Assembly: GCA_002269645.1 (NCBI GenBank)
Contig: NIVC01002271.1
Location: 124,001 to 188,000 of the forward strand
Reading direction: 5' to 3'
Source: Macrostomum lignano
Taxonomy: Eukaryota
Length of the DNA stretch: 64,000 bases
Translations under genes and position numbers: made by a program
Notes under the pieces: model-generated
Told to the model about the DNA's origin: nothing
The model's database searches: none
The model's input: only the letters and a program-made list of their open reading frames with translations
Shown here: positions 50,958-63,267 of the stretch, one piece after another
Layout of the letters: the number at the start of each line of letters is the position of its first letter
Position numbering within the stretch: the first letter of the stretch is position 1

Positions 50958-51037
50958 GACTAGCCGATATGAATAGTCTATGGCCAAAGCTATTGATTCT
51001 GTCTGACTTTACCGACTAGTCCATGGCTTTCACCCCA
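50958..51037 (+). repeat. ~90-bp dispersed duplicate, copy 2
   Basis: Near-identical to 47193-47290 apart from an internal deletion; ends about 30 bp upstream of a TATTTAA box. Confidence 0.85.
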
Positions 51038-51175
51038 GAGCGGTACAGTGCCGCTCGATGGCTCCACTATTTAAGCGAGCATCCAAGAGCGCTAAAAAGA
51101 CAAAACCAACCAGTTAACTCCAAACACCTTTCATTATTCAACAAACAGACCGAGTATTACAGCATAGCAAGCATT

Positions 51176-51679
51176 ATGAAGTTCCAACTCGCATTGCCAA
51201 TTGTCGCTCTGGTGCTAATCTCCACTGCTCTAATCTGCTCGGCTGCTTGGATACGGCCGCGCTCGGCTGCTGCATACGGGCCGCGCTCGGCTGCTCCGTT
51301 AAGGGGGCCGCGCTCGGCTGCTCCGTTAAGGGGGCCGCGCTCGGCTGCTGCATACGGGCCGCGCTCGGCTGCTCCGTTAAGGGGGCCGCGCTCGGCTGCT
51401 CCGTTAAGGGGGCCGCGCTCGGCTGCTCCGTTAAGGGGGCCGCGCTCGGCTGATATGGACGACGATTCTGAGCCTGATAACAACGTACTCTGCTGCGGTG
51501 CGATCCCCAACCAAGGGCCAAGTGAGGACAGCTACTCAAACTACGTAGAAGAGTCTGTGGATTTTCAGGCGCCGGCTAAACGCGGACCGGAGAACATGTT
51601 AATGCGCAAGTTTATCTGCGATTACTACAGGCATCACAACTGGAAACCGCCTGCCTATCTGAAGTGTCACCAAATGTGA
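51176..51679 (+). CDS. Secreted peptide precursor B (167 aa): signal peptide, repeated SAAPLRGPR/SAAAYGPR units, acidic spacer, KR site, 31-aa two-Cys mature peptide
   Basis: MKFQLALPIVALVLISTALICSA signal peptide; AKR|GPENMLMRKFICDYYRHHNWKPPAYLKCHQM is homologous to precursor A. TATTTAA at ~51068 and AATAAA at ~51757. Confidence 0.85.
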   Translation: MKFQLALPIVALVLISTALICSAAWIRPRSAAAYGPRSAAPLRGPRSAAPLRGPRSAAAYGPRSAAPLRGPRSAAPLRGPRSAAPLRGPRSADMDDDSEPDNNVLCCGAIPNQGPSEDSYSNYVEESVDFQAPAKRGPENMLMRKFICDYYRHHNWKPPAYLKCHQM

Positions 51680-52614
51680 GGTGGCGGCGATGACTGCCGC
51701 GATAAAAGCCCGTTAAACACTGTAGTTATTGGGCGATAATGAGCACAACACTGCTACATAAATAAATTCAAACCAGAAATTTCGATCTAACAAGTCTCAA
51801 AATATTTTCGATCTGCTTCCGTTCTTGCTTTTTTTATAGCCTGAGAGTGGCGAAAACTGAAACTGAATGACCTAATTCATCACAATATCGAAGGTACACG
51901 CGCTTGACTTCTGTTGAACATTTGTATACGCCCTGATCTTCAGTCTATGATGCTATATTATACATGCCGAAAGAAAATATTGTATCTGAGACAAAATTGG
52001 CTTTAATTTGTCAACACAAGCGAACATTTTTTTAACGCGCGTATATCGATGCTGATTGATTTGCTTGCTTTCGCTATAAAGTTGAATGCACGCTTTAACC
52101 AATTTGGAAGGCCTAATTACGTTGTTTAAAGTTGAAATCTCCTCTGGAGAAAATGCAGAAACGACCGCGTCTTCTCAAAACCAGTTTCCGTAGTGATGCC
52201 TCTACCAGATCCACTACGTCAACCAGATTGTTTACTACGAGTATTAAGGACTACTAGCTGTCTTGAGTTTTACTTTAATTTACTTTGCGCCCCTTCATGA
52301 AGCCTATGCAATGGACAGATCCATTACATGACGTTTGGACGGTCCCAAATCAGCACATTTGAACAGATTTTACCTCGATGCCAAGATTGAGTGCATAGAC
52401 TAGCAATGCATTGGTTAATTTGCATAGCCATAGCCATATCTATGTTTATATGATAAAATATATTATTGTCCATGGTCCAATTACGCTTGCACAACTGTGG
52501 AAAGAATTAATTAATTGTGCACCCGATTTCTTAACTTAGGACCACATTTGGACCATAGACAATGAGAAGCAAATCTTCTTTTAAAAAGAATCACCATACA
52601 AAACATAACAGTTG

Positions 52615-52980
52615 CGTCATGTCAACCATAAAAGAATCGCCATGCCAACCATAAAAGAATCGCTATGTCAACTATAAAAGAATCGCTATGTCAACTATAA
52701 AAGAATCGCCATGCCAACCATAAAATAATCGCCATGCCAACTATAAAAGAATCGCCATGCCAACTATAAAAGAATCGCTATGTCAACCATAAAAGAATCG
52801 CTATGTCAACCATAAAAGAATCGCCATGCCAACCATAAAAGAATCGCCATGCCAACCATAAAAGAATCGCCATGTCAACCATAAAAGAATCGCCATGTCA
52901 ACCATAAAAGACTCGCTATGTCAACTATAAAAGAATCGCCATGTCAACCATAAAAGAATCGCTATGTCAACTATAAAAAA
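52615..52980. repeat. 23-bp minisatellite (CAACCATAAAAGAATCGCCATGT)n
   Basis: Period 23 with point variants. Confidence 0.93.
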
Positions 52981-53822
52981 ATCGCCGTATTAAATAGGTA
53001 GCTGAACGGCTCATTTGGCTTGGAAACTGCCAAATTTAGTATTACAATAATGATCAGAAATCGATTAGAAATTTCCACTGTTATAACATAAGCAGAAAAT
53101 GTATATGAAAATGAGAAATTAAGAAATTTATGCAAAAACCAGAATTAAAGTAAAAGACATCGTTTGATTTATACAAAACGGATATAATTCTTTTTTAAAA
53201 AGCTCAACCTAGCATTACTCATCTTAATCAATATATACTACTGCTGCAAATGCCAATGATCTGAAACCAAGCTTCACTTATATTTAGTTTAAAAAATCAC
53301 TCACACGACACATATTGAATAAAAAACTACAAATTTACTAATTCTACTAACTATAGTAATGGTGAAATAATTATGTATAATAAAAACAACGTTGCTTGCA
53401 ATGAAAGCGCTACGTTCAACAAAAAATATATAGTATTGAGACTTTATTATCTGTTGTGTATTTTAATGCTAAATAAACTGCTTGAATTATTTTAGCATTC
53501 TACGAGTAGAATTACAAATCTGACATAAATATTATGTACATAACAAATAGAAACTATTTACAGAGCAATACTGTCTGCAGATGTATGTTTGATATAAATG
53601 AATAAATATTATAAATATTTATATTGGTGTAAATAAAGAACAGATTTTAACTGTGTAAAAAACATTTTCTGAACTCGTTCTTTTGTCAAAGCAAACCCAC
53701 GGGACCGACTACACACAAATTAATGTGAGAAAATTTACTTGTGATGCGGTTGTGTGTGTGGTTTAGATGATTTGCTTATTGTTATGCGATCTTTATTGGA
53801 ATCAAGCGACTGAGTGGGGTCA

Positions 53823-54245
53823 CAACTGAAGGATCAGGGAGGGTAACTGAAGGATCAGGGAGGGTAACTAAAGGATCAGGGAGGGTAACTGAAGGATCAG
53901 GGAGGGTAACTGAAGGATCAGGGAGGGTAACTGAAGGATCAGGGAGGGTAACTAAAGGATCAGGGAGGGTAACTGAAGGATCAGGGAGGGTAACTGAAGG
54001 ATCAGGGAGGGTAACTGAAGGATCAGGGAGGGTAACTGAAGGATCAGGGAGGGTAACTGAAGGATCAGGAACGGGTAAAAGGGGGGCATAACTGAAGGAT
54101 CAGGCAGGGTAGCAGGTGTCATAACTGAAGGATCAGGGAGGGTAGCAGGTGTCATAACTGAAGGATCAGGGAGGGTAGCAGGTGTCATAACTGAAGGATC
54201 AGGGAGGGTAGCAGGTGTCATAACTGAAGGATCAGGGAGGGTAGC
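53823..54245. repeat. 21-bp minisatellite (AACTGAAGGATCAGGGAGGGT)n changing to a 33-bp derived unit
   Basis: Period 21, then the same core plus AGCAGGTGTCAT. Confidence 0.93.
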
Positions 54246-54435
54246 AGGATTTAGAGTACATCAAATATAAAAGCGGCCTGACTTTCACAAATATTAGACT
54301 TTATTCAGCAGGTACAGAAAAAGCAGAACTGGATAAGAAAAAAGCAACAGCTATCAAATGAAAAAAGTTAATTACAGAAGAAAATGATTTCATATCTGAA
54401 AAGCTACATGCTTCTAAATAAATTTACAACATCAA

Positions 54436-54655
54436 CTCAACCAACATGTTGAAGTTGGCATCCCGAAACCACTGGTCAAGAAGTGGCGGCAATAATCCAA
54501 ATCTAGCCATTGTTCTCTAGTCTAAAGCCAGGTGTCTCATGACGCAAATTGCATCACCTAAGATAAAAACCGAATTGCGTCACCTAGGGCTGAGGTCTGA
54601 GAAGAGTTACTTGACCACTGATTTCGGGGTTGGGAACTTTAACCTGTTGCTGAGT
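54436..54655. mobile_element. MITE-like element with ~45-bp imperfect inverted termini
   Basis: Left ACTCAACCAACATGTTGAAGTT...TGGTCAAG pairs with right CTTGACCA...AACTTTAACCTGTTGCTGAGT. There is also an inner inverted repeat TGACGCAAATT/AATTGCGTCA. Confidence 0.5.
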
Positions 54656-54774
54656 GCAGATATGAAGAAGAATTGCTGAATTCCCAACCGACGTACTGTA
54701 CAATATTAGACAACAGTTTAACAAAAACTCGTATGAGACAGAAATAGATATTATGTACATTTCCTCTTTAAAGT

Positions 54775-55295
54775 GGCGGACACAATCTGAGACACACAGA
54801 GGTCAGTGGCGGGCACAAACTCAAACACACGGAGGTCAGTGGCGGACACAAACTCAAACACACGAAGGTCAGTGGCGGACACAAACTCAAACACACGGAG
54901 GTCAGTGGCGGACACAAACTCAAACACACGGAGGTCAGTGGCGGACACAAACTCAAACACACGAAGGTCAGTGGCGGACACAAACTCAAACACACGGAGG
55001 TCAGTGGCGGACACAAACTCAAACACACGAAGGTCAGTGGCGGACACAAACTCAGACACACGGAGGTCAGTGGCGGACACAAACTCAAACACACGAAGGT
55101 CAGTGGCGGACACAAACTCAAACACACGAAGGTCAGTGGCGGACACAAACTCAAACACACGGAGGTCAGTGGCGGACACAAACTCAAACACACGGAGGTC
55201 AGTGGTGGACACAAACTCAGACACACGGAGGTCAGTGGCGGACACAAACTCAAACACACGGAGGTCAGTGGCGGACACAAACTCAAACACACGGG
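54775..55295. repeat. 33-bp minisatellite (GGAGGTCAGTGGCGGACACAAACTCAAACACAC)n
   Basis: About 15 copies just 3' of the SLC4-like stop codon. Confidence 0.95.
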
Positions 55296-55370
55296 GATCA
55301 AAAGTTTAAGACAGCTATAAAAAATGAATCAAAATGATACCAGATCATGTCAATCATCTGTCAGTGTGAA

Positions 55371-58300
55371 TCAAAGGAAGGCAACGGCCTCTTCGCCTTC
55401 AGTGTCAACTTTGGAATTATAAGACTTTCTCCGTGGTCGCTTTCGTGCACCTTGTTGTCGAGGGCATCGACTACCGGAGCTTGCCGCACCAGAGGCAGCG
55501 GCGCCGTCATCCGTGTCGGCTTGTCGACGATTGACAGTTGAGGTTGTCGGCGGCTCGGTCGTGGACGCCGAGGCAGCAAGGGCCGCATGACGGCAGAGAA
55601 GTGGATCCAGCTGCGCGGTAGATAAATAGATAGAGAAGCTATTCTTAGTATATATGGTTTGTAGGCTAATGATTGCTCTAAACTGTAGGCTAATGATTGC
55701 TCTAAACTGTAGGCTAATGATTGCTCTAAACTGTAGGCTAATGATTGCTCTAAATTGTAGGCTAATGATTGCAATAAACTGTAGGCTGATGATTGCTCTA
55801 AACTGTAGGCTAATGATTGCTCTAAACTGTAGGCTAATGATTGCTCTAAACTGTAGGCTAATGATTGCTCTAAACTGTAGGCTAATGATTGCTCTAAACT
55901 GTAGGCTAATGATTGCTCTAAACTGTAGGCTAATGATTGCTCTAAATTGTAGGCTAATGATTGCAATAAACTGTAGGCTAATTCTAGCAGTTTCCCACCT
56001 TAGTCAGCTGTTTATTAAATTTAACGCAGGCCGGTTGGCGTTGACAGAATCTCCTGATGCCAATGTAAACAAAAACGGTAAGAACCGGCGCGCCAGACAG
56101 CAGACAGCCGACAGCAATTAACAGAGCGCCTTCACTGCTGCTACTACTGGCAGTAACATGAGTGTTAGACCAAGAGGAATGAGAATACGCCAGACACGAT
56201 GACGCAATCGCCGCAGCGGCTAAAACAGCCAACATAGTTGATAACAAAACGCTATAAATGATTACAGCGGACTTTTGATGCCGGCTAATAGTTTTTCGCT
56301 TTTTGATCGGCTGTAGCAGAGCTCGGACGGACAATCCCAGACCGGCCAAACCAACCAGCGCAACCAGTCCGCGCAACGAGGCCAGCAAAGCAAAATTGAA
56401 ACTAGACGTGGTTGCTAAGCTAAAGCAGAAGACCAGCGCAAGCACTGCAACACCTGCTAAGGTTAACAGGCAGCCAAGTAGCAGGGACAGAAAGCACGAA
56501 GGTTGAGGCGGTTGTTTCTGAGCAACTAAATTAGCTGCTAAGGTGAACTCGGCCACCGAGCCAATTAGCGGCCAGCCAATCAATCCGCATAGCAACGGCA
56601 TAGCAACGCCAGTTAGCGACAAAGCCAGGTGCAAACCGCCAATTCTGACGCTGGTCGATTCCGAATCAGCCGAGAGTCGGCGAAGCCAGCAGACGGCGGA
56701 TTCGACTAGCAGCAGGACGGCGGCGCCGGCCCCGGCAAACACGGCGCCAGCGTGACCGGCAATTCCGGCGTGGCTAACCGCTCCGCTGCCGGTTAGCAAC
56801 GGTTGCCATGGTAGCCAGACGAGACTACTACTACGATTGCTAGTAGTATGAGAAGACGAATAATTTCCTGTGTCATTATTAACTGCGACAATAGCATCTG
56901 TTTCTGGCATGCCGACAATGGTTGCTATGATGAGCACGGTTACCATAGCAACCGTCCAGGCAACAAGTTTGCCGAGAAGTTTTCGAACAGACGCATCAAT
57001 CAAATCAAACTGACGGCACGAGTGGCGCAATTGAGTTGCCAAGGCGACCACTGCGAAGCAGACCAGAGAAACGGCGGGAGAATCCAAAGACCCAATGGTC
57101 CACGATAGCAACAGCATTCCAGTGAATCCCCTAGCAACGCGCTGGGAACAGCTGTAATGCTGTACAAGCAATTCGACGGCGCCAAAAGCAGACAGCCTGC
57201 AGACCAGATAGCGCAATAAAAGCAGCACAATGGCCGGAATGTGGTCCAGTTTTGGCCCAGCCCAACCGCTAGTGATGCAATTGCAGCTTCAATTGTTAGC
57301 GCCGCAGATGACGGTCCCAGTACAATAGCTAGCCTGTTGCCATAGCAACCGGGCGGGAACAGGACGGAGACTAGCAACTGGGCTAGTCCGGCAGTAAGCA
57401 CCGCCAACCCAGCCCCAATGCCTCGCCGATAACCGGCCAATGGAGCAAAAACTGAAGCCCCCGCTGCTGACCAAACCAATAAGCAAATTGAGAATAGACT
57501 CAACAATTTTACAAGTTGCCATTTTCCAAGCTGACGGATACTTCTATCGGCAGTAGTGCTGTCAGTAGTAGATTTCCTACAGATGCGTTGAATATCGGTT
57601 AGCAGTCCAACAGGTTTAGTCTGGCTAGCTTTATCCATTGATGAAGAACAATCCAACAGTTCAACAGCAGTTGGCATCTGTTCCACTGCAATCAGCTCCG
57701 CTACCGCTTCGCTAGGCCACACAGCCGGAGGCGAAGGCATCAGCACGGCCGAGTCTAAGAAAGCGTGCAAACTTTGCACCAGTTCGCGCCTCGGCCGCCT
57801 TCTGCCAGCCAGTCTGGCCAACTGTGGCTGCTGCATTTGTTGATCAATGTCGCGCAGCTGACGCCGGAATTCCGCATCGCCGCATAGGCAGGCAAACAGG
57901 CGACCGACTTGGCGACAGCTGGTTAGAAACAGGCAGCGGACTGGTAGACTGCCGGTCAGTGTGGGCCACGGCATTGGCGAACGGAGATGGCAGAGCAGCA
58001 GCACAGATTGCTGGCTAGTCAGATCCGGCAGGTTCTCTGCCACTAGCACTAGAATGGCTTCACTAGCAGTTATTGGTGTTGCCGGGCCCCGCCTGACAAA
58101 ACTTCCATTGCCAAGCAGTTTCAAAGCTTCGGCAACAGTGCCTGGACTATCCAAGGTGGCCTGCGCCGATGACAGAAGCGGCTCCAGACGGCATACGTTA
58201 ACTAGATAATTGACAAATCTAGATTCGGCGTTATCTTCCACGTCCGCATCGACATCGGTGGTTAAAACTGGTGGTATATCGACGCCTAACCGTAGCGAGC

Positions 58301-61300
58301 CAACCTCCAAGTGCTGACGGAATTGTACAATAGCGTGAAATTGCAGCACGGCAGACATTGGCTTGGACCAGTGGCTGTCCTGCCCACATCCATCATCTTC
58401 ATCGCTGTCGTTGTCAGTTGAGTCGTCTGTAGCATCTGAGTCTTTGTTCAATATAATTCTTCTCTCGTATTGACCAGACCAACGAGAGGTTTCTAGCCAA
58501 TAGAAATCAGTCAGCTGAGTTGCCTGCTCCTGGCTTGGGGTGAGCTCGTAAGTGAGCACCTGGGTCTGGAGAGACACGGGTTCAGGATTCTTTAGCAAAC
58601 TCTTCTGATAATCTGCCTGTCCGCTCCTTCCTCAGTCCCTGAATCTGCCTCTCCGCTCCTTCCTCAGTCCCTGAATCTGCCTCTCCGACACCTTCCTCAG
58701 CCCCTGAATCTGCCTCTCCGCCCTTCCTCAGCCCCTAAATCTGCCTCTCCGCCCCTTCCTCAGTCCCCGAATCTGCCTCTCCGCCCTTCCTCAGCCCCTA
58801 AATCTGCCTCTCCGCCCTTTCCTCAGTCCCCGAATCTGCCTCTCCGCCCCTTCCTCAGTCCCTGAAACTGCCTCTCCGCCCCTTCCTCAGCCCTTGAATC
58901 TGCCTCTCCGCTCCTTCCTCAGTCCCTGAATCTGCCTCTCCGCTCCTTCCTCAGTCCCTGAATCTGCCTCTCCGCCCCTTCCTCAGTCCCTGAATCTGCC
59001 TCTCCGCCCGTTCCTCAGCCCCAGAATCTGCCTCTCCGCCCTTCCTCAGCCCCTAAATCTGCCTCTCCGCCCCTTCCTCAGCCCCTGAATCTGCCTCTCC
59101 GCCCCTTCCTCAGCCCCTGAATCTGCCTCTCCGCCCCTTCCTCAGCCCCTAAATCTGCCTCTCCGCCCCTTCCTCAGTCCCCGAATCCGCCTCTCCGCCC
59201 CTTCCTCAGTCCCCGAATCCGCCTCTCCGCTATCTCTCAGTCCCTGAATCTGCCTCCAGCACAGATATAATCGAGCACAAACAAACCTCAGGTAGCGCAG
59301 GAGCAGGCGACCCAGGCTCATCAAAATCTTCATCCTCAACCGATAGCTGCTGGCGCAGGTCTCCAGTGTCCTGCACGCTGTCAACAGTGGCCGAAGATGC
59401 AGACGCTGGCGTCAGCAGAGCCGGCTCCGATCTGCACCCAAATCCGTGAGCATCAGCTGGCCTACTGGTGCCGCCAGCAGACGAGAAGCAGCGCTGCACG
59501 GAGGCCGAGCAAGCCAATGCCGGGCTGATCTTATGCCGGCGCATTGCGTGCAGATCGTCAAATCTGTGACTTTTCACATTGTCCTGGTCCAGCTCGCCCA
59601 GCTGCGAAGCCTCCTCAGGGTCTAAGAAAAACTCCTCCATTAGAATCTCGTTGCCGGAGAATGTGCGCCTGGCGAGGTCCAGCGGTGTGTAGCAATCTGA
59701 CCGCTGCTGGTGCTGCTGGGATGAAGCTCTTCGACGGTGATGATGCTGCTGATGCTGGACTTCGGAAGCTGATTCAGCATCTGAGGATTGGGGTAAATAT
59801 AAATCTATAGGAATCCTGTAGATTTGGGACTGGAAATCCTGTAGATTTGGGATTGGGAATCTTGCAGATTTGGGATTGGGAATCCTGTAGATTTGGGGAT
59901 CAGGAATCCTGTAGATTTGGGAGTGGGAATCCTGTAGATTTGGGACTGGAAATCCTGTAGATTTGGGATTGGAAATCCTGTAGATCTGAGGAATCGGGAA
60001 TCCTGTAGATTTGGGACTGGAAATCCTGTAGATTTGGGATTGGAAATCCTGTAGATTTGAGGAATCGGGAATCCTGTAGATTTGGGATTGGAAATCCTGT
60101 AGATTTGGGATTGGGAATCCTGTAGATTTGGGAGTGGGAATCCTGTAGATTTGGGATTGGAAATCCTGTAGATTTGGGACTGGAAATCCTGTAGATTTGG
60201 GATTGGAAATCCTGTAGATTTGGGACTGGAAATCCTGTAGATTTGGGATTGGGAATCTTGCAGATTTGGGATTGGGAATCCTGTAGATTTGGGACTGGAA
60301 ATCCTGTAGATTTGGGATTGGAAATCCTGTAGATTTGAGGAATCGGGAATCCTGTAGATTTGGGGATCAGGAATCCTGTAGATTTGGGGATCAGGAATCC
60401 TGTAGATTTGGGGATCAGGAATCCTGTAGATTTGGGAGTGGAAATCCTGTAGATTTGGGATTGGGAATCTTGTAGATTTGGGGAACGGGAATCCTGTAGA
60501 TTTGGGGATCAGGAATCCTGTAGATTTGGGATTGGGAATCCTGTAGATTTGGGATTGGGAATCCTGTAGATTTGGGGATCGGGAATCCTGTAGATTTGGG
60601 ATTGGGAATCCTGTAGATTTGGGATTGGAAATCCTGTAGATTTGGGATTGGGAATCCTGTAGATTTGGGATTGGGAATCCTGTAGACTCGGGATTGGAAA
60701 TCCTGTAGATTTGAGGAATCGGGAATCCTGTAGATTTGGGATTGGAAATTCTGTAGATTTGGGATTGGGAATCCTGTAGATTTGGGATTGGAAATTCTGT
60801 AGATTTGGGATTGGGAATCCTGTAGATTTGGGATTGGGAATCCTGTAGATTTGGGATTGGGAATCCTGTAGACTCGGGATTGGAAATCCTGTAGATTTGA
60901 GGAATCGGGAATCCTGTAGATTTGGGATTGGAAATTCTGTAGATTTGGGATTGGGAATCCTGTAGATTTGGGGATCGGGAATCCTGTAGATTTGGGACTG
61001 GGAATCCTGTAGATTTGGGATTGGGAATCCTGTAGATTTGGAATCATGAATCATGAATTATGGACTTGGGATGTGGGATCAGGGAATCCTCATAGGCTTG
61101 AGATGTGGGATCAGGGAATCCCTATAGGCTTGGGATGTGGGATCAGGGAATCCCCATAGGCTTGGGATGTGGGATCAGGGAATCCTCATAGGCTTGAGAT
61201 GTGGGATCAGGGAATCCCTATAGGCTTGGGATGTGGGATCAGGGAATCCCCATAGGCTTGAGATGTGGGATCAGGGAATCCCCATAGGCTTGGGATGTGG

Positions 61301-62796
61301 GATCAGGGAATCCTCATAGGCTTGGGATGTGGGATCATAGGGCTTAGCTCATCAAAACATCAGTAAGCAAGCTCACATACCCGAACTGAATCCATCTCCG
61401 CCAACAAAGAATTTCACAACGCTTGCTGATGCGGTTGGTTCCATTGTCTCCGGCCCCGTCTCCCAATCAGAGTCCATGACGGCGGCTTTGCTCTGCTGCT
61501 GTTCCGGTCCATCGGATGCCAAGGACTCGTCCTGCAGTTGCGGCACGGCCGTTGAAGAGGACTTGCGACTCAGGGTAGCGCTGGACCCGTTTTTAGTAGC
61601 CTTAGGAAGCCCTGATAAGTCAGCCAATCCCAGATCCTCGCTGGCAACGGAGTCGCGATGCAGCATCGGCGAGCTGAAATGTCATCGTTAAGTTTTGTTT
61701 GGAGAGTTTTTATAATTAGGCTGGAAATTTCACCTAGACTTTAATAAACTGCGGTCCTTATTCCCAGAGGGATAAATAAGGACTGGGATCTGTAGTAAAA
61801 AAGAAAATAGTGAGAAATTCAGGAATCCCAAAAAATATTGAGATCAGAAATCCCTAAAGGGTTGGAATCAGTAATCCCTAAATTTTTGAAATCAGGAATC
61901 TCTAAAGGGTTTGGCCCAGGAGTCCCTACAATTGTTGGGATCAGGAATACCTAAAGGGATGGGATCAGGAATACCTAAAGGGATGGGATCAGGAATACCT
62001 AAAGGGATGGGATCAGGAATCCCCAAAATTGTTGGGACCAGGAACCCTTAAAATATAGGGATCAGGAAGCCCAAAAAGGTTGGGATCAGGAATCCTTAAA
62101 ATATAGGGATCAAGAAGCCCAAAAAGGTTGGGATCAGGAAACCCAAAAGGGATGGGATCAGGAATCCATAAAGGGATGGGATCAGGAATCCATAAAATTG
62201 TTGGGATCAAGAACCCCTAAAGATTAGGATCAGAGATCCCAAATCCCTCACCAAGAAGCTGCACCGGAGTCGCCAGAAGCAACCGACCCAGTTCGATCAT
62301 CGCAGTCTCCAGCGTCGCCTTCCAATCGCTCAACAGGCTGCCGTTTCTCTTCGTCGACAGCCTCCTCTGCTGCCGCCTCCTCCAGCTGGCAGCACTCGTT
62401 TAAATTGTCCAGCGTCGGTTGAAACGGCTCCAACACGTGCACTTTCCCTCGCTTGCTGCCGCCGCCGGAGCCACTGCCGCCTCCGCCGTCGCCGCTGCTG
62501 CCTCGACTTCGTCTACGCCGATTCCGACGTGACACGGCCATTTCAACGACGTCGTCGAAATCTAACGGGCCAGCGTTTTCATTTGTCACGGGCTTAGTAT
62601 TAGTAGTATGAGTCGCAGTTGGCGAGACCGGCTGCGATCGAATCACCTGACTGACCCTGGCACCCGTACCGGCGTGTTTCGCTAATCGGCGCGCTTCGTC
62701 GGCGCGCTCTATACGGCGCCGAATTTTGCGCAGAGCGCGCGGTTCAATCGGTCGAAGTGGCTGAGGCGTGTGCGGATACTCGCGCTGGCGATGATC
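55371..62796 (-). CDS. Highly divergent SLC4 (anion exchanger / Na-bicarbonate transporter)-like gene, 5'-partial; exons ~62796-62252, 61673-61382, 59780-59287, 58604-55999 (one frameshift ~57130-57230), 55610-55371
   Basis: YWLETSRW (compare WLETARWIKFEE); LPVRCLFL/QVGRLFACLCGDAEF (compare VPTRFLF/EIGRSIATLMTDEIF); FLDSAVLMP..VW; GLLTDIQR; many TM segments; KFNKQLTK|LDPL (compare FTKRELSWLDDL). All four junctions are GT-AG and phase-consistent. Confidence 0.75.
55655..55980. repeat. 24-bp intronic minisatellite (AACTGTAGGCTAATGATTGCTCTA)n
   Basis: Fills the last SLC4-like intron. Confidence 0.96.
58612..59250. repeat. 31-32-bp intronic minisatellite (CCTCAGTCCCTGAATCTGCCTCTCCGCCCCTT)n
   Basis: Fills intron 59286-58605. 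Confidence 0.95.
59812..61045. repeat. 23-bp intronic minisatellite (GGGATTGGGAATCCTGTAGATTT)n
   Basis: Period 23-24 with variants. Confidence 0.95.
61065..61340. repeat. 32-bp intronic minisatellite (AGGGAATCCCCATAGGCTTGGGATGTGGGATC)n
   Basis: About 8 copies following the 23-bp array. Confidence 0.93.
61820..62240. repeat. Degenerate ~23-bp repeat with a GGGATCAGGAATCC core
   Basis: Diverged tandem units in intron 62251-61674. Confidence 0.85.
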
Positions 62797-63267
62797 TGCG
62801 CGAGTTTATAAATGCGTGCCGTTTTATTTATTAACTACCGATATGTTGCGCTGACTAATTAAATTTATACAGCTTAATGGTGAACATAAGCTGTATAAGA
62901 GTCTGCGACTCTGAAACGACTCTGGGGCCGCAGAGTCAGATCTGGGACGCACCTAAGTCGCAGCAGAATCACTGAGTTGCGTCTGAAGCGCATCTGCGTC
63001 ACTTCATGAATTTGAATCGCAAATTGCATTTATAACAACTCTATTTAGTCTACTTGAGTTAGTAGAAAGTGAAGCGCCAGCACAACTACTCTTGGATGAC
63101 ATTTTTCATGACTATTTTATAATTCTGCAGCTCACGTGATGCGCCCATGACTCAACAGTCGCCTCTGTCGCATTGCAGTCGTTTGAGTAGAGTCGCTAGA
63201 GTCACTAGTGAGCAGTTTGCAATGACTCTTTAGCGATTCTTGTCAGGGTAACGTTTTCAAATGGGAG

